Of a stretch of 64,000 bases of DNA, positions 10,317-18,634 are shown piece by piece. Source of the stretch: Caldilineaceae bacterium (lineage in GTDB: Bacteria > Chloroflexota > Anaerolineae > Caldilineales > Caldilineaceae). Position 1 is the stretch's first letter. Each line of letters begins with the position of its first letter. The translations under genes and the position numbers were made by a program. The notes beneath the pieces were generated by a model. The model was not told the DNA's origin. It saw nothing but the letters and a program-made list of their open reading frames with translations, and made no database searches. Location of the stretch: NCBI GenBank assembly GCA_041391125.1, contig JAWKON010000042.1, forward strand, positions 3,154 to 67,153, written 5' to 3'.

Positions 10317-10617
10317 AGACTATGATTTTTGTGATTCGTTGATGAGCTATGATTCTGTTTGCCGGATAGCGGCAGCGAAATGACATCCAACATCGCCACG
10401 CGCCATCATAGCCCTTATAAAATCATAAAAATCCAGACTATGATTTTTGTGATTCGATGATGTGCTATGATTTTGTATGCCGGGTAGCGGCAGCGAAATG
10501 ACATCCAACAGCGCCGCGCGCCATCATAGCCCTTATAAAATCATAAAAATCCAGACTATGATTTTTGTGATTCGATGATGTGCTATGATTTTGTATGCCG
10601 GGTAGCGGCAGCGAAAT
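10317..10617. repeat. 2.5 tandem copies of a 118-bp stem-loop element
   Basis: The units are 10317-10434, 10435-10552 and a truncated 10553-10617. Each unit folds on itself (gatttttgtgatt/aatcataaaaatc and gctatgat/atcatagc). The array abuts the stop codon at 10618. A related single copy lies at 44397-44512. Confidence 0.9.
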
Positions 10618-11694
10618 TCACACCGCCCCGCTTACACTATCCGTGCGCACCCATTCCCCGCTTTCCACCGAGCGCGCAATGGCCGCCAGCGTGCGCATCA
10701 CGGCAATGCCCTCGTCCACGTCGGCGCCCTGCTGCGGCGCGCCGTCCAGAATGGTTTCGGCAAAGCCCTCCACTTGCCGCTTATACGAAAAACCGTCCTC
10801 GCCCAGCGGTCGGTGATATTGGCCATCTGCCGTGGAAAAGCACTCGACATCGCTGGATTTGTAAAACCAGGGCAAATAAGCGCGCCCGCGCACGCTGCCA
10901 TGTTCGCCGAAAACTTGAAAGCCCTCTTCAAAATCACCGCGGATGGGGATGATCAAATCAAGATGGCCCAGGCTGCCGTTGGCAAATGCCGCCGCCACAA
11001 ACCAGCAATACGAATCAAAGCGCTGCGCCAGCCGCGCCTGCACCGCCTCGATGTCACCGCCCAAAAAGCGGGCCAGATCGACCAGATGGCTGCCGTGGGT
11101 CAGCATGAAATAGCGCGCTTTGTCGGCTTTGGGGTTGCCCGCCGGCCGCCGCACCTGGGCGCTGGATTCCATGATCGGCTGCAAGTTGTCGGTCATGGTG
11201 TAGCGGTAGACCGAATCATAATACCACACTTTGAGCGCCTGCACCTGCCCCATCTGCTCCTGAATAAAGCGCCGGGCAAAGGCGATGCCCGGATCAAAGC
11301 GCTTGTTCTGCCCCACTTGCAGCACCAGTCCGCTCTGCTGCACCGCATCGCGCAGCGCCAGGCACTCATCCACGCCCACGCTCAGCGGCTTTTCCACCAG
11401 CACATGTTTACCGGCGGCAATGGCCTGCCGCGCCAGCGCCACGTGAAACTGATCGGCCACGCCGATAATCACCGCCTCCACGTTGGGATCATCCAGCATG
11501 GCGGCGTAATCCGTATAGGTCACCCGCGGCTGGTGGATGGCGGCGACGCGGCCCAGCAGGTCCGCCGCCACGTCGCAAATGGCGTAGAGTTCAGCATTGC
11601 GCGCCTTGCGGCAAGCCTCAAAGTGGGCCGCTTGTGCAATGGGTCCGGCGCCGAGCACGCCAATCCGCAACAGCCGATTTTCTTTTTGAATCAT
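10618..11694 (-). CDS. Gfo/Idh/MocA family oxidoreductase
   Basis: Rossmann N-terminus LRIGVLGAGPIAQ..H and the EKPL motif (HVLVEKPLS). Confidence 0.9.
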   Translation of the reverse strand: MIQKENRLLRIGVLGAGPIAQAAHFEACRKARNAELYAICDVAADLLGRVAAIHQPRVTYTDYAAMLDDPNVEAVIIGVADQFHVALARQAIAAGKHVLVEKPLSVGVDECLALRDAVQQSGLVLQVGQNKRFDPGIAFARRFIQEQMGQVQALKVWYYDSVYRYTMTDNLQPIMESSAQVRRPAGNPKADKARYFMLTHGSHLVDLARFLGGDIEAVQARLAQRFDSYCWFVAAAFANGSLGHLDLIIPIRGDFEEGFQVFGEHGSVRGRAYLPWFYKSSDVECFSTADGQYHRPLGEDGFSYKRQVEGFAETILDGAPQQGADVDEGIAVMRTLAAIARSVESGEWVRTDSVSGAV

Positions 11695-11700
11695 TGGTAT

Positions 11701-11890
11701 TGATCAACAGATTACACAGATTTGAAAGATTAAAATATCTACTCAACAGGATCTCATGTGGATGACCCGCTTTGGGTTCGATACGGCCGGAAACTGCACC
11801 GGCCTACTCAACCGCCGCTTGCCTTGTCAACCACATGAGATCCCAAAGAGCCGACAAAAAAATCTGAGAAATCTGCGTAATCTGTTGATC
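11701..11890. mobile_element. 190-bp MITE-like composite element with 22-bp terminal inverted repeats
   Basis: The TIRs gatcaacagattacacagattt (11702-11723) and aaatctgcgtaatctgttgatc (11869-11890) match 21/22. A nested perfect 13-bp IR (11749-11761 / 11831-11843) encloses a half copy of the GGTTGAGTAG...GTATCGAAACC element (11762-11824). It has no coding capacity. Confidence 0.6.
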
Positions 11891-11904
11891 CTTCCCCTCT
11901 CTGT

Positions 11905-12976
11905 TTAAAAAATGATGACATTCCGCAACGCTTTCGCGATTGACCGCCGCAATGGCCTCGTTGATCTCCGCCAGCGGATAGCGCTTTTGGTGATTAACTC
12001 GTCCAGCTTGAGCCGGCCTTCGTGGTAGAGTTCGACCAGTTTGGGGATGTCTACACTCAGGCGGGTGGAGCCCATTTTGCTGCCCAGGACACGCTGGCTG
12101 TCGTTGGCAAAGTTGGCCGCTTCCAGCTCCAGCTTGATGCCCGTGGCGGGTATGCCCACAATGACCAGCGTACCGCCGTTGCGCATGAGCGTAGCGCCCT
12201 GCTCGATAGCCCTGCTGCTGCCGGCGGTGATAAAGACAAAATCGGCGCCACACTGCCGGTCAGTGCCTGCACCCGGCTCTGCACGTCCTCGGTGCGGGGA
12301 TTGATGGTGTGGGTGGCGCCAAAATTTATGGCCGCGGCCAGCTTGCTTTCGACCAGGTCCAGCGCAATGATGGGCTGGGCGCCGGCCAGGCGCGCCCCCT
12401 GCACGCTGTTGAGCCCTGCGGCCACCGGCGCCAATCACCACTACGCTGCTGCCCGGCGGCACGTGGGCCGTGTTCACCACCGCCCCAGCCCGGTGATCAC
12501 GCCGCAGGCCAGCAGCGAGGCGCTCTCCAGCGGCATCTCTGGCGGGACGCGCACAATCTGGCGATTCATGCACCACCACAGATTCGGCAAAGGCGCCGCA
12601 GCGCATGGCCGCCAGAATGGTCCGACCGTCCTTGGTGTGCAGCCGCCCGTTGGCGTCAATGGGCATGGACGCTTCGCACAGATGGGGCTGCCCCTGCGTG
12701 CAGAAATAGCAGCGCCTGCACGAACGGATCAGCGTCACCACCACGTGGTCGCCCGGCTGCGCCAGCGTCACGCCTGTTTTCCACGTCGGTGACCACGCCG
12801 GCGGTCGTGCCCACACGGCGGGCAGCACGCCACCCCACGCGCTCTCCATGTAGTGGATGTCGCTGTGGCAAATGGCGGCGGCCAGCTTGACCATCACCAC
12901 CAGCCTGCGGCGGGTCGATCTCAATCTCTTCAATAACGAGCGGGCGCCCAAATTCGTAACAGACGGCTGCTTTCAT
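11905..12976 (-). pseudogene. zinc-dependent alcohol dehydrogenase (MDR family), several frame shifts
   Basis: The start MKAAVCYEFGRPLVIEEIEIDPP is at 12976. The metal site and the rest (CHSDIH, CRRCYFCTQGQPHLC, VVIGAGG, GTLVIVG, RYPLAEINEAI) are spread over three minus-strand frames (ORFs 12656-13129, 11905-12951, 12057-12434, 11804-12253). Confidence 0.75.
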
Positions 12977-13018
12977 AGATCGCGTGTTTTCTGTTTGGTT
13001 AGTATTATATTTGTTACT

Positions 13019-13147
13019 GTGGCGGGTGGCGAGTGGCGGGTGGCGTGTATTGGTTATAAGCACCGAGGAGTAGGATGCTAGACACCTTTTTTGTTGACGG
13101 TCCCAAGACGAGTTTACGCCACCCGCCACTCGCCACCCGCCACCCGC
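13019..13147. repeat. word hairpin, family GGTGGCGAGTGGCG (long loop)
   Basis: gtggcgggtggcgagtggcgggtggcgtg (13019-13047) is complementary to acgccacccgccactcgccacccgccacccgc (13116-13147). A single G-rich arm of the same words lies at 28148-28190. Confidence 0.8.
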
Positions 13148-13431
13148 TCAAAACGTGCTCTCCGGCGTGGTCGACGGACACCAGCGCGCCCAGCAGATAA
13201 TCAATCAGCGCCTTGCTGCGCCTCGGGCGTGCCGATGCGGTTGGAGGGCGTCGACGGCGTTGGAAAGCACGTAGCGGTTTTCATCTTTGAGCACCTGTTG
13301 GAGGGCGGGAATCGCACTCCCGCTGCGCACCCCAGCCGCGCCAGTGAGAGCGCGCCGGTAAAGCGCACTTGGCCGTCGGCGTCGCGCAGCGTTTGCGGCC
13401 AGCGCATCGACCACACCATCGCCCGCCACAT

Positions 13432-14634
13432 TCAGCGCAGCCCAGCGCCCAGCCGTGCCAGGACGCACCATTCGGATTCACCATTGGCCAGCCGCGCCAG
13501 CCCGGCCACGGCGTCATCGGCACTGGCAGCGTCGCCCAGCCCGATTTCGCCCAGGCAAAAGCGCGCATAGTCGCCAGCCGGATTCAGCGCCCGAGCAGAT
13601 CCACCGACAGGCGCGGCTGACATCCGCCGCGGCCAGCCATAACCGGCGTTGCGCGCCACATCTTTATGATCACTGCGTTGGCCCGCCAGCGCATCGACGC
13701 CAGTGCGGCCCAGGTTGGCCAGCGCATAGGCGGTGCTGAGCGCCACCGGTTCATACTCATCGCCCAACCGCGCGGCCAAGGCGGAAACCGCATCGGCGGC
13801 ATCGGCGCCCAGCAGACCGATTTCATCGGCGGCAGCCAGGCGCGTCTGCTTTTGGTCGGCAGCGAGGCTGTCGATCAGCCCGCCAAGCTGGCCGTTGACG
13901 TGGGCGCGGCGGCTTGCATTGTTGCGCGCCGAAAGCCAGTTCCACTGGTGCTGCCAGACGGTTTCGTGGCGATTGGGCGGGCCGTCGCCATTCATGGGCG
14001 CCCACGCCGCGCCGGCATGATTCCAAGTGGGCGCGCTGGGGCGGCTCATGCGCACGAATTGAAACTTGAGCATGGAGCGGGTGGTGTTGGAGTTGTTGGC
14101 GGTGCCGCGGTGCCACAGATCATAGTGAATCAGCGCAAAGCAGCCGGCGTTGCCCAGCATGTGGATATCCTGCTCGGTTTCGTCGCCGGGCCGGTTGTTA
14201 TAATACTGGGTGCCGGGCATAAGGGCAGACGGCCCCATGACCTCGTCCACAGCGTGATCGTAGTAGAAGATCATAGCCCACCACTGGTGATGATTGCGCA
14301 CTTTGGCATAGCCCCAGTAGGAATCTTTGTGCCAATTTTGCACGCGGCGGCCCGGCTCGGTAAAGTGGCAGTGGCGGTGCGGATGCATGATGTAATCCGG
14401 CCCCAGCACGCTGGTCAGCGCCCCGCGGATCACCGGGTGCTTGAAGACTTCCTGCACTTCGGGGACGCGCGGCAAAATGTTGTTGCCGGGGTTGCCCTCC
14501 GTCTGCATAACGGCCCGGATCTTCTGGCTCATGGTTTCGTGAAATTCCGTGGGGAAATCGGTGTTGAGAATCAGATAGCCGTGGGAGATAAAGCGGCGCA
14601 TCTGCTCATCGGTGAGGAGAATTGGTTGCGACAT
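13432..14634 (-). CDS. phytanoyl-CoA dioxygenase (PhyH)-family Fe(II)/2OG oxygenase fused to C-terminal HEAT-like repeats
   Basis: The N-terminal ~230 aa are PhyH-like (FISHGYL, HKDSYW, LIHYDLWHRG). The C-terminal part has repeated AA..LG.LG...A..AL units. Further HEAT-like units (IPALQQVLKDENRYVLSNAVDAL) continue in other frames down to about 13150, so the true 3' end is frame-shifted. Confidence 0.7.
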   Translation of the reverse strand: MSQPILLTDEQMRRFISHGYLILNTDFPTEFHETMSQKIRAVMQTEGNPGNNILPRVPEVQEVFKHPVIRGALTSVLGPDYIMHPHRHCHFTEPGRRVQNWHKDSYWGYAKVRNHHQWWAMIFYYDHAVDEVMGPSALMPGTQYYNNRPGDETEQDIHMLGNAGCFALIHYDLWHRGTANNSNTTRSMLKFQFVRMSRPSAPTWNHAGAAWAPMNGDGPPNRHETVWQHQWNWLSARNNASRRAHVNGQLGGLIDSLAADQKQTRLAAADEIGLLGADAADAVSALAARLGDEYEPVALSTAYALANLGRTGVDALAGQRSDHKDVARNAGYGWPRRMSAAPVGGSARALNPAGDYARFCLGEIGLGDAASADDAVAGLARLANGESEWCVLARLGAGLR

Positions 14635-14676
14635 GGATTGGTCCCTCCAAAATCTGACTGTGGATTTTCAGATGAT

Positions 14677-14842
14677 GATCAACAGATTACACAGATTTTA
14701 AAGATTTCTTTTTTCGCATCTGTGTAATCTGTGCAATCTGTTGATCAAAAAAATCCGTTGACAACTCTGAGAAAACTACAACCGCAGATTGCGCCAATGA
14801 GCGCAGATTTTTGTCTGCGTCGTGCTGCGTAAATCTGCGGCT
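14677..14842. repeat. two adjacent word hairpins, family CAGATTaCaCAGATT
   Basis: 14677-14746: gatcaacagattacacagatt ... atctgtgtaatctgtgcaatctgttgatc. 14780-14842: aaccgcagattgcgcc..gcgcagattt ... gcgtaaatctgcgg. Confidence 0.8.
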
Positions 14843-14992
14843 GGGTCTAACAATATGATGGATAGTTTAGGCGGGGAGGCGCGCTTTGTCAAACAGTATG
14901 CCAAAGTGATCTAAATGTGATTTTGACAAGATGAATTAAGGCGGGTAGCCTGATGAAAATACCAATTCTCCCCAATTACAAAGGACAAACCC

Positions 14993-16426
14993 ATGCGCAT
15001 TGCAATCGGTGGTATTTCCAATGAAAACACGACCTTTTCCCCCATTTTCAACCGGCTGGATGACTTCACGATCTGGTCCGATGACGCGCTGCTGGCTTCG
15101 GGGCGCTATCCGTTTTTGGGCCAATTGCCGTATGTTGAATTTATCCCCACGCTCTTTGGTCGTTCGCTGCCTGGCGGCCCGGTGGAGAACGGTGCGTATC
15201 AGATCATGAAGGCGGGCATTTTGGCGCGCTTGCGGGCGGCCGGTCCGCTGGATGGCGTTTATCTGGACCTGCACGGCGCCATGTTTGTGGAGGGCATGAA
15301 CGACGCCGAAGCCGATCTGGCCGCGGCCGTGCGCCAAATTGTGGGGCCGGATGCCATCATTGCGGCCAGCATGGATCTGCACGGCAACGTGTCGCAGGCT
15401 TACGTGGATCAGATTGACATCATCACCTGCTACCGCACCGCGCCCCATCGCGACATGGTGGAAACGCGCCAGCGCGCCTGCGAGTTACTCGTGCAGGCTA
15501 TTGAAAGCGGCGTGCGACCGCAGATTGCGCTGACGCCCATCCCGGTGCTGCTGGTGGGCGAGAATACGCGCACCGATGTGCAGCCGGGGGCCAGGCTGTG
15601 GGGTTCGCTGCCGGCGCGCGATGAAACACCGGGCGTGCTGCACACGGCGCTCTTTGTGGGCTTTGCCTGGGTGGATGAGGAGAGCGCACATGGCGCCGCC
15701 GTAGTTACCGGCACCGATGCCCAGCAGATCCGGCGCGTGGCCGATGAACTGGGGCAGGACTATTTTGACGCCCGTCATGAATTCAACTTCGGTGTGGAAT
15801 CGGGCGGCGTGGATGAGTGCATTCAAATCGCCATTGCAGCGCCGGAGCAGCCCGTTTTCCTCAGCGACAGCGGCGACAATGTGACGGCCGGCGCGGTGGG
15901 CGATATTCCGCTCTTTGTGGAAAGATTATTGGCGCACGGCGCGGCCAATGCCCTGGTGGTGGGTTTGTGGGATGCGGAGGCGGTGGCGGCCTGCCAAGCG
16001 GCGGGGGAAGGCCAAATGGTGGAGACTACGCTGGGCGGCAAGGTGGATACGCAGCACGGGACGCCGCTGCCGGTGCGTGGGAGCGTGCAGAAACTGGTGG
16101 ATGCAGGCGACGGCAATCCGCAGGCCGTGCTGCAAGTGGCGGGCGTAACGGTCGTCATTACCACGCTGCGCCAAAGTTTTACGTTGCTGACCGATTTCGC
16201 CAACGCCGGCGTGGACCCGCTGGATTACAAAATTGTGGTGGTCAAGCTGGGCTATCTCTTCCCCGAATTGATGCCGATTGCGGCCAAGTGGCTCATGACG
16301 CTCAGCCACGGCGCCACCGATCTGGACCTGGCCCATTTGCCCTACCAGCAGATCAAGCGCCCCATGTTTCCGGCTGACACAGAATTCACGTGGTCGCCCG
16401 CGGCCAATCATTTGGCAACATTCTAA
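14993..16426 (+). CDS. M81-family metallopeptidase (MlrC/microcystinase C-like)
   Basis: MRIAIGGISNENTTFSP N-terminus (DUF1485-type) with the MlrC C-terminal region. 477 aa, intact. Confidence 0.8.
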   Translation: MRIAIGGISNENTTFSPIFNRLDDFTIWSDDALLASGRYPFLGQLPYVEFIPTLFGRSLPGGPVENGAYQIMKAGILARLRAAGPLDGVYLDLHGAMFVEGMNDAEADLAAAVRQIVGPDAIIAASMDLHGNVSQAYVDQIDIITCYRTAPHRDMVETRQRACELLVQAIESGVRPQIALTPIPVLLVGENTRTDVQPGARLWGSLPARDETPGVLHTALFVGFAWVDEESAHGAAVVTGTDAQQIRRVADELGQDYFDARHEFNFGVESGGVDECIQIAIAAPEQPVFLSDSGDNVTAGAVGDIPLFVERLLAHGAANALVVGLWDAEAVAACQAAGEGQMVETTLGGKVDTQHGTPLPVRGSVQKLVDAGDGNPQAVLQVAGVTVVITTLRQSFTLLTDFANAGVDPLDYKIVVVKLGYLFPELMPIAAKWLMTLSHGATDLDLAHLPYQQIKRPMFPADTEFTWSPAANHLATF

Positions 16427-16444
16427 TCGCCAAGGTAGCGAACG

Positions 16445-16552
16445 ACGGTTGAGTAGGCTCCGGCAGTTGGGAGCCGTATCGAAACCAGAGGGAACTGGTC
16501 AACCCGTTGGGGCTCGATACGCTGCAAACCACCGCAGTTACTCGACCGGCAC
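16445..16552. repeat. ~125-nt palindromic element (family GGTTGAGTAG...GTATCGAAACC), full copy
   Basis: acggttgagtaggctccggcag...ccgtatcgaaacc...ggctcgatacgctgc...cagttactcgaccggcac. The arms are mutually complementary. Confidence 0.85.
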
Positions 16553-16585
16553 TTGCCTCACGCCTTCACTGGCCTTAATTTGCGC

Positions 16586-17351
16586 CTACGCGATTAATGC
16601 AATAGACGCCCCGTGCGCCAGTTCCACATCGAGCAGACCGGCGGAGTCCGCATTGTTGGTGCGCAATTGTAAATGGCCAATGGATTCCCCCATGCGCGCT
16701 ACCTGCTCAGCGCCCGGCGCGTTGGAGGCGAGCGGCTGCACAATCGTCAGATCGCAGTTGCCCAGCGCAAACTCCACGCTGTGAGCATCAACTTCACGTT
16801 GCTCGTGAACGAGCGCGGCATTGAGCAGCGCCCCATATTTGGCCAGCGCCGCCGCCATACTCCGGCATAAACACGGTCAACGCTACATGTTCGTCGCCCC
16901 ATTTTCGTGCGTCACCTTGCCCGCATCGTCCGGCACGCAAAATGTGGGGCGTCACATCGGTGATCAAAAAACGACAGGCGCGGCCGCCCACATTGGTGGA
17001 TCGCCACCGATCCGCACGCCGTCATAGCGGTCGCGATGGCTGGCAGCGGTCGCCGCATTCAGCGCCGTCCGCAGCCGCGCCACATCGCCGTCAATGTCCG
17101 CCGTCAACAGCGCATAACCGCCAAAGCCTTCGCCATAGGCCAGAGTGTCAATCGTCCGGTCAATCTCATCGGGATTCTGCGGCGCTAACAGCTCCAAATA
17201 CGAGCCGTCCGCCAGCGCAATCAGCCCGTTGTGCGTCGCCTTGTGCGTATGTTTGCCGCCATAATAGACCGTAAAGCCCAGCGCCCGATAGTCGGCCATA
17301 GCCGCCTCCAAATCGCGCACGGCAATGATGAGGTGGCCGAAGTTGCGGCAT
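16586..17351 (-). pseudogene. VOC/glyoxalase-like domain protein (PF13468-like), frame-shifted
   Basis: An AAGGAG RBS precedes the ATG at 17351. Deleting one C at ~17342 gives MPQFGHLIIAVRDLEAAMADYRALGFTV... The C-terminal part continues in ORFs 16794-16991 and 16586-16858. Confidence 0.65.
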
Positions 17352-17365
17352 GATTGACTCCTTGA

Positions 17366-17476
17366 GCGATTGCGTATTGCGTGACATCGTAGTGCGTGAA
17401 CCGGTTTAGAATCTTGTATCGATGCAAGCAACTCAACCGGTACACGCAATACGCAACACGCAACACGCAACTCGCC
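17366..17476. repeat. word hairpin, family GTATTGCGTATTG / CGCAATACGCAA
   Basis: gagcgattgcgtattgcgtg ... cacgcaatacgcaacacgcaacacgcaactcgc. The loop contains cttgtatcgat..caactcaacc, which resembles the core of the palindromic family. Confidence 0.8.
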
Positions 17477-17501
17477 CCCTACCCTACAATTCCTCGTCCC
17501 C

Positions 17502-18388
17502 ATGCTATCATCCCCTATGGATCAACACAAGCTGCCGCCCACCTTTGCTCTCTCAGCCAGTCGAGCTTGCAGGCGTTTGACGATTGCCCGCGCCGCTTTT
17601 GGTTGGCTTACGTGCAGCAGTTGCCGTGGCCTGCCGTGGAGGCCGCGCCCGCAGGATCACGAGCTGCTTATGTGGCTGGGCGGCGCGCCGCATTTGCTCA
17701 TCGAGCGCACCGAAATTCTGGCCTGACAGCACCCTGTTTGCCGCCAATTTAGAGCCGCCGTCAGAATGGTATCAGGCCTATTTGCGCCATCGCCCGGCCG
17801 ATCTGCCCACCGATTTTGTGGAAGTGGAGCACATTCTCAGCATGCCCTTTGGCGTGGGTGAAGAGCGCTATCGCCTGGCGGCCAAATATGACTTAATCGC
17901 GGGCGCGGCAGGTGGCTCTCGGTCGTGATTGTAGATTGGAAAACCACGCGCAAACGCACCGAGCCCAGCATATTGCGGCAGCGCTTGCAGACGCTGGTCT
18001 ATCCCTACGTCTTGGTCGAAGCCAGCGCCAAACTGCTCCTTTGGTCCGGTCAAGCCCGAACAGGTGGAGATGCCTACTGTTTGTGGGCGCGCCGCAGCAG
18101 CCCGTGCGCTTTCGCTACGACAGCGCCCAACACGCCGCCGCCGAGACGCGGCTGCAACAGCTTTTGGCCCATGCGCTAGCCGGCGAAAATGAGCAGGATT
18201 TCCCCAAAGTGGCCGACACGCCCATCAACCGCAAACGCTTCTGCAACTATTGCGTCTATCGCAGCCGCTGCAACCGCGGCATCCACGCCGGCAATCTTCC
18301 GACGTGGACGACGCCGAAGAGTCTTCGTCATCGACCCGACGCTGCCCTCGAATTCACGCTGGACGATGTGGATGAACTGGCTTTTTAA
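17502..18388 (+). pseudogene. PD-(D/E)XK (Cas4/RecB-like) nuclease with C-terminal Cys cluster, frame-shifted
   Basis: LSQSSLQAFDDCPRRFWLAYVQQLPWP, then HLLIER, VIVDWKTTRKR, LQTLVYPYVL and FCNYCVYRSRCNRG are found in three frames (ORFs 17396-17752, 17584-17928, 17925-18179, 17912-18388). Confidence 0.6.
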
Positions 18389-18510
18389 ACAAGGATTGTA
18401 GGGATTTTTATTAACCGCAGATGCCGCTTCACTATTGCCAATTTGCACAGATTTGGTTGTCTCCGAAAGAGAAATGGCCCTTTGAGATCTAATGTGATTG
18501 ACAAAAGGTA

Positions 18511-18623
18511 GCGGCGGTTGAGTAGCCCCAGCACTTTCGGGGCGTATCGAAACCAAAGCGGGGTCAACCACGCGAGATCCTGTTGAACCAGAAAAATCTG
18601 TGTAACCTGTAAAATCTGTGGTT
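18511..18623. repeat. half copy of the palindromic element followed by a CAGATT-family arm
   Basis: gcggcggttgagtagccccagcactttcggggcgtatcgaaaccaaagcggggtcaaccac (18511-18571), then aaaaatctgtgtaacctgtaaaatctgtggtt (18592-18623). Confidence 0.8.
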
Positions 18624-18634
18624 CCACTTTTCTT

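Noticed and set aside
9300-10325. 341-aa + strand ORF, plus similar long ORFs at 10774-11703 (+), 13666-14727 (+), 27119-28096 (-), 35750-36616 (-), 48279-49658 (-), 51336-52271 (-), 52707-53408 (-), 53760-54494 (-), 56952-58406 (-) and 32563-33429 (-).
   Set aside because: All lie antisense to ORFs with clear family motifs. Their translations are Arg/Ala/Gly/His-rich low-complexity strings, typical of shadow ORFs in high-G+C DNA.
10317-10617. Possible CRISPR array (regularly repeated ~118-bp period).
   Set aside because: The units are contiguous with no unique spacers. The unit is far longer than a CRISPR repeat and is itself a long stem-loop. No cas genes are nearby. It is a tandem repeat.
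11762-11824. tRNA or tRNA-derived sequence, because of GGTTCGATACGGCC (T-arm-like) in the palindromic family.
   Set aside because: No acceptor, D or anticodon arms can be drawn. The motif pairs with its own complement (GTATCGAAACC) in full copies, so it is part of a long hairpin and not a cloverleaf.
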